A stretch of DNA of 14,218 nt. Origin: Elusimicrobia bacterium CG1_02_37_114. Its GTDB lineage: Bacteria; Elusimicrobiota; Endomicrobiia; CG1-02-37-114. Below, one piece after another: positions 6,783-14,218 of this stretch. Position 1 is the first letter of the stretch; each line of letters starts with the position of its first letter. The DNA lies in assembly GCA_001871125.1 (NCBI GenBank), contig MNXB01000049.1, positions 1 to 14,218 of the forward strand, given 5' to 3'. A program made the position numbers and the translations under genes. The notes beneath the pieces are model-generated. The model made no database searches. It was not told the DNA's origin and saw nothing but the letters and a program-made list of their open reading frames with translations.

Positions 6783-7395
6783 CTCAAAAGGGACAACAAC
6801 TGCATCTTTCTTGAAAATCGGTGTTGGTGCGAGGAATATAGGACTTGGAGAGACAGGGGCAGTAAGTGAAGATGTAAATAGTGTGTACTGGAATCCTGCT
6901 GGATTAGCATCAATAAATGAAGGAGAAATATCACTGATGCATTCTGTCTGGCTGGAGACAATAAACTATGAACATCTGGCCTGCGGATTTCCTACAAAAT
7001 TTGGTAACTTGGGTGGTGCAGTAAACTATCTGTTTATGAGCGAGATGGATAAATATGACAATACCGGTGATAAACAATCGGAAAAAATGTCAGCAACAGA
7101 TATGGCTATAACACTGACATACAGCAGAAATGTTCTAATAAGATATAGATCTACCACAAAAGAACTTGAAGGAATTGCAGGTATAACTGCTGGTGTAGGC
7201 TTTAGATTCAGGGATTATTGTATTGACTATGCATGGACACCTTATGGCCAGTTGGGTGATACACATAGAATGTCATTATCAATGAAGTTCGGTAAAGAGG
7301 AAGAAGTAAAAAAAGAAGAAGTAGAAAAAAGAAGGCAGGAAGAGGAAGCCAGAAGGAAGAGCAAAAAATCGGCGTGTAGAAATCATATTGAATAA
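6685..7395 (+). CDS. PorV/PorQ-like (FadL-fold outer-membrane) protein fragment with a K/E-rich C-terminal tail. It has no signal peptide, and its 5' end overlaps the preceding ORF in a different frame, so it may be a frameshifted or fused pseudogene.
   Basis: ASFLKIGVGARNIGLGETGAVSEDVNSVYWNPAGLA resembles the conserved N-terminal motif of PorV/PorQ/FadL-like proteins (FLKIGVGARA.AMGGAF.AVADDASAIYWNPAGLA). Tail KEEEVKKEEVEKRRQEEEARRKSKK. The only in-frame starts upstream of the motif are TTG/GTG and are not preceded by a leader peptide. Confidence 0.4.
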   Translation: MQANLLLTLKKQTATENISGIREIPAVRKLPADSKGTTTASFLKIGVGARNIGLGETGAVSEDVNSVYWNPAGLASINEGEISLMHSVWLETINYEHLACGFPTKFGNLGGAVNYLFMSEMDKYDNTGDKQSEKMSATDMAITLTYSRNVLIRYRSTTKELEGIAGITAGVGFRFRDYCIDYAWTPYGQLGDTHRMSLSMKFGKEEEVKKEEVEKRRQEEEARRKSKKSACRNHIE

Positions 7396-7460
7396 ATAAA
7401 ATTTCGGATTGCTAAATGATAACTGGGTCCGGGGTTACAGGCAAATCCCGGAGGTTAAAT

Positions 7461-7481
7461 AATGGTCGGGCCGCCATTTTG
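7461..7481 (+). terminator. Weak candidate rho-independent terminator downstream of the PorV-like ORF: hairpin AATGG-tcgggccg-CCATT followed by TTTT.
   Basis: 5-bp stem (7461-7465 / 7474-7478) plus a T-run. It is part of a GC-rich patch, 7423-7476, that is unusual for this AT-rich window. Confidence 0.25.
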
Positions 7482-7541
7482 ATAAAATCAAGATAAGCGG
7501 CTTTTTAATTTTATGAAAAGAAGATAAATGGAGATAAGGAT

Positions 7542-9005
7542 ATGTGGACGAAAGAGAATTTACAGGAAATGCTCAAACAAAAATTAGAAGGATACCAATT
7601 CATGGTTGTTTCAAACAGAGAGCCGTACAGTCACGAATATGAAGGACGTAAAATAAAATGCTTTAAAGCCATAGGCGGTTTGGTTACCGCCCTGGACTCC
7701 GTATTACAATCTACGGGAGGTACCTGGATAGCATATGGTTCAGGTGATGCAGACAAAGACGTTGTTGATAAAAATGATATAGTCAGGATGCCGGTAAATA
7801 ATCCCAGGTATAACCTTAAACGAATATGGTTGACGAAAGAAGAAGAAAATGATTTTTATTATGGTTATTCAAACCAGGCATTGTGGCCGCTCTGTCATAT
7901 TGTATACAGGCAACCTTTATTTAATGTTTCGCATTACAATACATACTTAAACGTAAACAAGAAATTCGCTGCTGCTGTGTTGGACATTGCCGGTAAAGAA
8001 AAATCGTTTGTATGGACACAGGATTATCAGATGTGTTTAGTTGCCAAATTTATAAAAGAAGCCAACCCCGGAATAATTACGGCACTCTTTTGGCACATAC
8101 CATGGCCAAATCCGGAAGTGTTCAGAATATGTCCGCAAAAAATTGAAATCATGGAAGGTTTATTGAGTAATGATTTATTAGGGTTTCATATACATTATCA
8201 TTGCCACAGGTTTCTTGAGGCTTGTGAACAGGAAATTGAAGCGAAAGTACAGTGGGAAGAAATGTCCGTTACCTATAAAGGTCATACTACTTTGGTAAGG
8301 CCGTTTCCAATAAGCATTGATACTCAAAATGTAGCTTCACAGGCAAACTTACATTTTGTAAAAAATGAAATTGACAATTTACCAGACGAAATAGACCCTC
8401 CGTATGAAATCCTTGCGGTTGGCGTGGATAGAATTGATTATACCAAGGGGATAGTAGAAAAACTATATGCAATTGACAGGTTTCTTGAAAAATACCCGCA
8501 ATATCAGGGTAGATTTGTCTTTTTTCAACAGGGAGCATTGAGCAGGTTACATATCAAATATTATAAGGAATACATTGATAGAATACAGGCCCTTACTGAA
8601 GAGATAAACTGGAAATACCGTTGCGGTAAATGGTATCCGATTGTACTTAACAATAGAAGAACAGAATATTACAGACAACTTGCATTATACAGAGCAGCGG
8701 ATATATGTATTGTGAGTTCATTACACGATGGTATGAATCTTGTATCAAAAGAATTTGTTGCTTCAAACACGGATTTTAAAGGTATGTTAATACTATCAAA
8801 ATTTACCGGTGCATCAAGAGAACTTAAAGAAGCGATTTTAATCAACCCTTATGATATAGAGAATTTTGCTGATTCTATAAAGGAAGCAATAGAATTGTCT
8901 CAGGATGAGAAAACAAGCCGTGTAAAGAAAATGCAGGAAACAATTGAAGAAAACAACGTTTACAAATGGGCAGGCAAATTTATTGAAAATCTGGCTAAAT
9001 TATAA
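7542..9005 (+). CDS. otsA: Alpha,alpha-trehalose-phosphate synthase (GT20 family, OtsA-like). A related GT20 sugar-phosphate synthase such as glucosylglycerol-P synthase cannot be excluded.
   Basis: GT20-like motifs: VVSNREPY, GGLVTAL, YYGYSNQALWPLCH, FWHIPWP, LLGFHIHYH, GVDRIDYTKG, SSLHDGMNLVSKEF, ILINPYD. RBS GGAG 8 nt upstream. Confidence 0.7.
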   Translation: MWTKENLQEMLKQKLEGYQFMVVSNREPYSHEYEGRKIKCFKAIGGLVTALDSVLQSTGGTWIAYGSGDADKDVVDKNDIVRMPVNNPRYNLKRIWLTKEEENDFYYGYSNQALWPLCHIVYRQPLFNVSHYNTYLNVNKKFAAAVLDIAGKEKSFVWTQDYQMCLVAKFIKEANPGIITALFWHIPWPNPEVFRICPQKIEIMEGLLSNDLLGFHIHYHCHRFLEACEQEIEAKVQWEEMSVTYKGHTTLVRPFPISIDTQNVASQANLHFVKNEIDNLPDEIDPPYEILAVGVDRIDYTKGIVEKLYAIDRFLEKYPQYQGRFVFFQQGALSRLHIKYYKEYIDRIQALTEEINWKYRCGKWYPIVLNNRRTEYYRQLALYRAADICIVSSLHDGMNLVSKEFVASNTDFKGMLILSKFTGASRELKEAILINPYDIENFADSIKEAIELSQDEKTSRVKKMQETIEENNVYKWAGKFIENLAKL

Positions 9006-9019
9006 TTAAATTTTAATTT

Positions 9020-9793
9020 ATGAATTATCTGTATAATAACAAGACTATATTGAGAAAGATTAAAAAAAGTAATAAGATTTTACTTTTTCTTGATTATGAC
9101 GGTACGCTTACGCCCATTGTTTCAAAACCCGAAGCAGCAGTTTTATCGCACAGAACAAAAAAAATACTTAAAATATTATCAAATGATTGCAGGTTTATAT
9201 TGGTCGTCATAACAGGACGTTCTGTTTCCGACATAAAAAAACTTGTTGGGATAAACAGGATTATATATATTGGCAACCATGGGTTCGAAATAAAATTACC
9301 CGGCAAGGATATACTCTCTCCGGGAGACACAAAGAAACTGATGAAAGAAGTCAGTGCAGATATTAAATGTAGAATAAAAAACGTAATGGGAGCGTACCTT
9401 GAGGACAAAGGATTGACCCTGAGTTTACACTGGCGTAATGTAGATAAAGCGGATAATACTAATTTGAGAAAAATAACTAGAGGAATTAAGGAAGATTATT
9501 CCTCCAGATTAAGGTTTATTAAAGGCAAAAAAGTTTTGAATCTCGTCCCTCTGTCCGGGATAGATAAAGGGAAAATAGTGAATGCACTTTTAACACAGAC
9601 TGTTTCAACCCGGAATAACGTCTCTATCGTTTATATAGGCGACGATGTAACCGACGAATATGCTTTCAGAGAATTGAAAGGGAAAGGCATAACAATACGT
9701 GTAGGCAGGAATATTAAATCAAGTGCCAGGTATTATTTAAATAATACCGGCGAGGTCTATAAATTCTTATATTTCCTAAAGAGAATGTATTAA
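9020..9793 (+). CDS. otsB: Trehalose-6-phosphate phosphatase (HAD-IIB, OtsB-like).
   Basis: HAD motif I FLDYDGTLTP, motif III K...NLVPLSGIDKG, motif IV IYIGDDVTDE. Immediately downstream of the GT20 synthase. Confidence 0.7.
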   Translation: MNYLYNNKTILRKIKKSNKILLFLDYDGTLTPIVSKPEAAVLSHRTKKILKILSNDCRFILVVITGRSVSDIKKLVGINRIIYIGNHGFEIKLPGKDILSPGDTKKLMKEVSADIKCRIKNVMGAYLEDKGLTLSLHWRNVDKADNTNLRKITRGIKEDYSSRLRFIKGKKVLNLVPLSGIDKGKIVNALLTQTVSTRNNVSIVYIGDDVTDEYAFRELKGKGITIRVGRNIKSSARYYLNNTGEVYKFLYFLKRMY

Positions 9794-9794
9794 T

Positions 9795-10256
9795 ATGAAA
9801 ACTAAGGATATTATGACTCAATCTGTAACCACAATTACACGGGAAACAACTCTGAACAAAATACTTGATATTTTTAAAAATTTTCATACTTTTCCAATAG
9901 TACCTGTAATTGACGAAAATAAAAAACTTATCGGAGTTATTTCTCTAAAAAATATAGTAGAGATATTTGAACCTACAAAAAGTACCCTGATAAAATCAGC
10001 GCCATTCATTGACCAGAAGGAAGTAGATTTATTTGAATTAGAAATTACTGATGAAATGAAGCATTTATGTATAGCTGAAGATATGATGGAAAGTAAATTC
10101 GTTACATTGAATGAAGAAATGGATTTGAAAGAAGCATATAATCTTATGAGATTACATAATTTAGAGGAGATACTTGTAGTGAATAAAGAAAATATATTAG
10201 TAGGAAGGGTAGGTGTTTTTGATATAGTCCGTACAGTGTTTGTAACTAAAAAATAG
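9795..10256 (+). CDS. Tandem CBS-domain (Bateman) protein. Its start codon is 1 nt after the otsB stop.
   Basis: Two CBS-like segments: DIMTQSVTTITRETTLNKILDIF...IVPVIDENKKLIGVISLKNI and FVTLNEEMDLKEAYNLMRLHNLEEILVVNKENILVGRVGVFDIV. Confidence 0.7.
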   Translation: MKTKDIMTQSVTTITRETTLNKILDIFKNFHTFPIVPVIDENKKLIGVISLKNIVEIFEPTKSTLIKSAPFIDQKEVDLFELEITDEMKHLCIAEDMMESKFVTLNEEMDLKEAYNLMRLHNLEEILVVNKENILVGRVGVFDIVRTVFVTKK

Positions 10257-10266
10257 CAGATAAAAT

Positions 10267-11472
10267 ATGAATACCTTATTAACTTTAGGCGTAATTTTTC
10301 TATCGGCACTTGTACTTGCTAAGGTAATAGATAAAATAAAGCTTCCTTCTGTGACAGCATATTTATTATTAGGACTTTTAATTGGTTATTCCTTTTTTAA
10401 CATTATTCCTAATGAACTTATAAAAGCTACTGATTTAATTTCAAATATAGCATTAGGATTTATTGCATTTTCTATAGGCAGAAACTTCTCCTTCGATACT
10501 TTTAAACGGATAGGTAAGTCAATAATGTGGATTTCTATATTAGAAGCATCGGGAGCATGGTTAACTGTTACAATTTTATTCTTTTTGTTATTAAAACAGC
10601 CTATTTATATATCTCTCTTGTTTGGAGCTATATCTGCTGCAACAGCACCTGCGGCAACGGTTATGGTCGTGAGAGAATATAAGGCAAGAGGAAATTTTAC
10701 CAATGTACTTTTAGGAGTAGTTGCAATTGATGATGCATGGTGTTTAATAATATTTTCTATTTCGCTTGCTATTGCTAAGGCTTTGAATATCCCCGGAGTA
10801 AATCCTCATTTGATAAGAGTAATATTTAGCTCAATAAAAGAAATATTTGGTGCGCTTATACTTGGCGGAATCGTTGCTTTCATTATGTCTGTTTTAATAA
10901 AACACATACGAACACAGACAGAATTTCTTATATATACATTAGGATTTGTGTTGCTTAACACCGGGTTGGCTATATTGCTGCATTTTTCAGTTCTGCTCAG
11001 TAACATGTTTCTTGGAACGGTGATAATAAATATCAACAGAACAAGTGATAAATTTTTTGATACTTTAAGCAGTATTGATTCACCAATATATCTTTTATTC
11101 TTTGTCCTTGCAGGTGCAAATTTCGAGCTATCAGCATTAAAAAACATTGGTTTATTAGGGATATGTTATATAATCTTCCGTGTATCCGGTAAAGCATTAG
11201 GCGGATTCTTAGGCGGACAGATTTCCCAAGCACCTGAGAATGTAAAAAAATATATCGGATTAGGTTTGATTCCGCAGGCTGGTGTAGCACTTGGTTGTGC
11301 ATTGATAGCAAAAGCGAATTTTCCTTCTGTTGGTAGATTTGTATTCAATACAGTAGTTGCTACAACAATTATATATGAAATTATAGGTCCAATATGTACA
11401 AAACTTGCTCTACAAAAAGCGGGAGATATACCAACTTTTGTCAGTAAACCCATTGAACAGAAAAACATCTAA
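10267..11472 (+). CDS. Cation:proton antiporter (CPA2 / Na_H_Exchanger family, KefB/NapA-like membrane domain). It has no fused RCK/TrkA regulatory domain.
   Basis: Polytopic membrane protein, about 12 hydrophobic segments. LLLGLLIGYS, ALGFIAFSIGRNFSF, VAIDDAWCLIIFSISLA, GLIPQAGVALGCALIA are CPA-like signatures. Confidence 0.7.
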   Translation: MNTLLTLGVIFLSALVLAKVIDKIKLPSVTAYLLLGLLIGYSFFNIIPNELIKATDLISNIALGFIAFSIGRNFSFDTFKRIGKSIMWISILEASGAWLTVTILFFLLLKQPIYISLLFGAISAATAPAATVMVVREYKARGNFTNVLLGVVAIDDAWCLIIFSISLAIAKALNIPGVNPHLIRVIFSSIKEIFGALILGGIVAFIMSVLIKHIRTQTEFLIYTLGFVLLNTGLAILLHFSVLLSNMFLGTVIININRTSDKFFDTLSSIDSPIYLLFFVLAGANFELSALKNIGLLGICYIIFRVSGKALGGFLGGQISQAPENVKKYIGLGLIPQAGVALGCALIAKANFPSVGRFVFNTVVATTIIYEIIGPICTKLALQKAGDIPTFVSKPIEQKNI

Positions 11473-11490
11473 TGCTCGGGAGGCGACTAT

Positions 11491-12543
11491 ATGTTAAAAG
11501 ATATTTTAAGCACCTCTTTCTTAGATAATCGTATTTCAGACTACATACTTTTTATACTAATTTTTATCGCAGGTATATTAGTAATTAGAATACTTAAAAA
11601 CATCATTTTAAGTCGTCTTAAAAAATGGGCAAGTAAAACCACCACTACATTGGATGATTTTTTAATTCATGCATGTGAAAAAATATTGATTCCTTTATTG
11701 TATTTTGGTATTTTTTACCTGTCCCTGCAAAACCTGAACGTAAATCCCTCATTAATTAAAGTTATACAGGTACTGGGTATCGGTTTATTGACTTTCTTCG
11801 GTATTCGTTTTGCAGTATCAATGCTCAGTTATATAATTGACTCATATTTATCAAAGAAAGAAGCAGATACCACCAAAACACAAGGTATAAAGGTAATACT
11901 TCCTGTACTAAAAGTAGTTATATGGGGTATAGGCATTACTTTTTTATTAGATAATTTAGGATTTAAAATTTCAACTGTAATTGCGGGTTTAGGTATCGGC
12001 GGTGTAGCAGTCGCTTTAGCAGCTCAGGCAATTTTAGGCGACTTATTCAGTTATTTTGCCATACTTTTTGATAGACCATTTGAAATTGGTGATTTTATCA
12101 TTATTGGAGATTGCCTGGGAGTTGTGGAACATATTGGAATTAAAACTACGCGTATCCGCAGTCTCGGCGGAGAACAGTTAGTATTTTCCAATAGCGACCT
12201 TACTAATTCCCGTGTCCGCAACTATAAAAGGATGGAAAGACGCCGTGTAGTTTTTAAACTCGGCGTCACCTATCAAACCACTCTTCAGCAATTAAAAGAA
12301 ATACCGATAATAATTGCCAATATTATAAAAAATACTAAAAACGTAGAGTTTGACCGGGTACATTTTTTCTCGTACGGTGATTTTAGTCTTATTTTTGAAA
12401 TAGTTTATTATGTTCTCAGTAGTGATTATAACAAATATATGGATGTCCAGCAGGAAATTAATTTTGCAATCAAGGAAGGGTTTGAAAAACAAAAAATAGA
12501 GTTCGCTTATCCGACACAAACACTGTATTTGACAAAAACATAA
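11491..12543 (+). CDS. Small-conductance mechanosensitive channel (MscS family).
   Basis: Pore helix and beta-domain LGIGGVAVALAAQAILGDLFSYFAILFDRPFEIGDFIIIGDCLGVVEHIGIKTTRIRSLGGEQLVFSNSDLTNSRVRNYK, preceded by three TM helices. RBS GGGAGG. Confidence 0.8.
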   Translation: MLKDILSTSFLDNRISDYILFILIFIAGILVIRILKNIILSRLKKWASKTTTTLDDFLIHACEKILIPLLYFGIFYLSLQNLNVNPSLIKVIQVLGIGLLTFFGIRFAVSMLSYIIDSYLSKKEADTTKTQGIKVILPVLKVVIWGIGITFLLDNLGFKISTVIAGLGIGGVAVALAAQAILGDLFSYFAILFDRPFEIGDFIIIGDCLGVVEHIGIKTTRIRSLGGEQLVFSNSDLTNSRVRNYKRMERRRVVFKLGVTYQTTLQQLKEIPIIIANIIKNTKNVEFDRVHFFSYGDFSLIFEIVYYVLSSDYNKYMDVQQEINFAIKEGFEKQKIEFAYPTQTLYLTKT

Positions 12544-12558
12544 ATTAGTAGTTACTTA

Positions 12559-12626
12559 GGAATTCACCCTTTAGGGTTTTATCCGCAGGATTATCTAATT
12601 TATAAAAGGCTAAAGCCTTAATTCCG
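12559..12626. repeat. REP-like structured repeat, locus 2. It is a diverged copy of the 3301-3385 element with the two hairpin modules in swapped order, a circular permutation, flanked by GGAATT...AATTCC.
   Basis: ggaattcaccctttagggtttta at 12559-12581 versus ggaatttaccctttagggtttta at 3362-3384. tataaaaggctaaagccttaattcc at 12601-12625 versus tataaaagggtaaacccttaattcc at 3302-3326. The stem pair G:C changes to C:G (AAGGG/CCCTT to AAGGC/GCCTT), which preserves the hairpin. Confidence 0.75.
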
Positions 12627-12763
12627 TCAAAAAAGAAATTCCTATACTATTAAATTAAAGCTTTTGGCTCAAGATTGGGGGTGATGAAAAAAACTAAAAG
12701 AGATTGTTAATTCGGAAAAACATTTCCGAGAGTAGTCTAATAATTACAAAAGGAGGCAGAAAA

Positions 12764-13633
12764 ATGTACGACGATGATTTAACTAAGGGTATAAATAAGG
12801 CAAAAGAGAAAATGCAGTCCGTAATGAAAAAAGGGCCGCTGATACCCGTGCTTATTATTGCGGGTATTCTGATATTTTTCATGTATTTAGCGCCCTGGGT
12901 CCAGATTGGGCCTGGTGAAAGAGGAATTGTCCTTAATTTTGGCGCTGTTCAAAAGAACGTATTTGGAGAAGGGCTGCATTTCAGGATACCTGTGGTGCAG
13001 AAGATTGCCGTAATGGATGTCAAGGTTCAGAAATCCGTAACAAATGCCGCGGCTGCATCGTCTGACCTTCAGGAAGTGACCTCGGATGTTGCACTTAATT
13101 ATCACATAGTGCCGGACAAGGCAAATCTTGTCTATCAGAATATAGGTGTACAATTTAAGGAACGAATTATAGACCCTGCGGTGCAGGAGGTGGTAAAAGC
13201 TGTGACAGCCAGGTATACAGCAGAAGAGCTTATCACAAAGAGGCCGGCAGTAAGCGAGGCAATGAGAGCAAACCTTGCTGAAAGACTTTTAAAGCATAAT
13301 ATAGAGGTTGACGCATTTTCTATCGTCGGGTTCAGCTTCTCCAAGGCATTTACGGAAGCGATTGAGTCAAAACAGACAGCGGAACAGCTTGCGCTAAAAG
13401 CAAAGAGAGACCTGGAGAGGATAAAGATAGAGGCAACACAGACAATTACAGCAGCCAGGGCAGAGGCCGAATCCCTGAGACTCCAGAAAGCAAATATTTC
13501 AACCGACCTTATAGAACTCAGGAAAATAGAGGCAAACCTTAAGGCTATAGACAAATGGAACGGGATACTGCCTCAGGTTACGGGTAGCGGTGCAATACCA
13601 TTTATAGGAGTAGGAGACATACAGAAAAAATAA
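12764..13633 (+). CDS. SPFH/band-7 (prohibitin/stomatin-like) membrane protein.
   Basis: RBS AGGAGG at 12751-12756, 7 nt before ATG 12764. N-terminal TM LIPVLIIAGILIFFMYL, then GERGIVLNFGAVQKNVFGEGLHFRIPVVQKIAVMDVKVQ (band-7 core) and a long A/E/R-rich coiled-coil tail. Confidence 0.75.
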   Translation: MYDDDLTKGINKAKEKMQSVMKKGPLIPVLIIAGILIFFMYLAPWVQIGPGERGIVLNFGAVQKNVFGEGLHFRIPVVQKIAVMDVKVQKSVTNAAAASSDLQEVTSDVALNYHIVPDKANLVYQNIGVQFKERIIDPAVQEVVKAVTARYTAEELITKRPAVSEAMRANLAERLLKHNIEVDAFSIVGFSFSKAFTEAIESKQTAEQLALKAKRDLERIKIEATQTITAARAEAESLRLQKANISTDLIELRKIEANLKAIDKWNGILPQVTGSGAIPFIGVGDIQKK

Positions 13634-13659
13634 TCCAATAATCTTGTCTGGAGTAGAAT

Positions 13660-14218
13660 ATGTGTAAGACAAAAATTATTTGTACCATAGGTCCTGCATC
13701 AGAAAAACCTGCTACGATAGAAGGAATGATAAAATCAGGCATGGATATTGCACGGCTGAATTTTTCACACGGCACTCACGAACAGCACGAAAAACGTATG
13801 GTTATTATAAGAAAAGCATCAAATAAATTGAATAAAAGCATAGGGATTATGCAGGATTTACAGGGTCCGAAGATTCGCATCGGTAAATTCAAACCAGGTA
13901 TAAAAAGCATAGTCTTACAACCCGGGGAGAAATTTATTTTAACTACTGAAAATTACCCGGGAGGGGATAGAAACAGAGTCAATTTAGATTATAAAAGATT
14001 GCACAGGTACCTTGCTAAAAACGATAGAATATTTCTTGATGATGGTAAAATAGAACTATTAGTAAAGAAGGTTGTTAATAGAAATATTGAATCCGAAGTG
14101 ATTGTCGGCGGTGAATTATCGGAACGTAAAGGGGTCTCTTTACCGGACAAGACTATACCGCTGCCTGTTATTACTCGGCAGGATATAAATGATTTGGATT
14201 TCGGCATGAAACTGGGAG
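13660..14218 (+). CDS. pyk: Pyruvate kinase, N-terminal part (3'-truncated by the window end).
   Basis: KIICTIGPAS, DIARLNFSHGTHEQH, IMQDLQGPKIRIG, SERKGVSLPD. No stop codon before the window end. RBS GGAG about 5 nt upstream of ATG 13660. Confidence 0.8.
   Translation, partial: MCKTKIICTIGPASEKPATIEGMIKSGMDIARLNFSHGTHEQHEKRMVIIRKASNKLNKSIGIMQDLQGPKIRIGKFKPGIKSIVLQPGEKFILTTENYPGGDRNRVNLDYKRLHRYLAKNDRIFLDDGKIELLVKKVVNRNIESEVIVGGELSERKGVSLPDKTIPLPVITRQDINDLDFGMKLG

Noticed and set aside
7423-7480. GC-rich patch as a tRNA or tRNA fragment (att site).
   Set aside because: No cloverleaf can be drawn. The TCCGGG/CCCGGA stem encloses a 13-nt loop rather than a 7-nt T-loop, and there is no acceptor or anticodon arm.
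7479-7515. A sigma70 promoter for otsA (TTGATA at 7479-7484).
   Set aside because: No acceptable -10 hexamer at 16-18 nt spacing. Only T-rich stretches are present, so it is not reported as a feature.
1052-13554. All minus-strand ORFs in the track: 1052-1366, 2951-3151, 3333-3662, 4167-4358, 5291-5503, 6003-6185, 6194-6463, 6608-6961, 8287-8538, 9094-9408, 9884-10309, 10806-11147, 11033-11311, 11166-11468, 12292-12519, 12694-12882, 12887-13153, 13135-13554, 13989-14207.
   Set aside because: Each lies antisense within a well-supported + strand gene with clear family motifs. Their translations are low-complexity or hydrophobic runs typical of AT-rich antisense frames, with no recognisable motifs or RBSs.

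Overview
AT-rich (roughly one-third GC) bacterial window, most likely from an uncultivated lineage. Every convincing gene is on the + strand. Order of genes: a 5'-truncated HuH/Y1 (IS200/IS605 or RAYT-like) transposase at the window edge, then an unusual OppD-like ATPase / cNMP-binding+GAF sensor / OppF-like ATPase trio. A REP-like nested-hairpin repeat follows, containing a perfect 2x34-bp tandem duplication, and a diverged, circularly permuted second copy of the same repeat sits at 12.56 kb. Next come a CCA-adding enzyme (PolyA-pol head plus HD domain) and a small accessory islet: a perfect-consensus sigma70 promoter with an embedded operator palindrome, an XRE-HTH regulator, an internally deleted PIN-like remnant and an ORF6N-domain protein. 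After that, a secreted protein with a T9SS-CTD/FlgD-Ig-like tail runs out of frame into a PorV/PorQ-like ORF. The rest of the window is an apparent osmoadaptation block, otsA-otsB-CBS pair-CPA2 antiporter-MscS, then an SPFH/band-7 protein and the 5' end of pyruvate kinase. The most interesting signals are (i) the RAYT-like transposase together with a structured repeat family that shows a compensatory stem substitution, (ii) a cyclic-nucleotide/GAF sensor sitting between the two ATPase subunits of a peptide-type ABC transporter, (iii) a 15-bp GC-rich inverted repeat linking the transposase 3' end to the PIN-remnant islet, and (iv) the frame-broken CTD/PorV-like junction.
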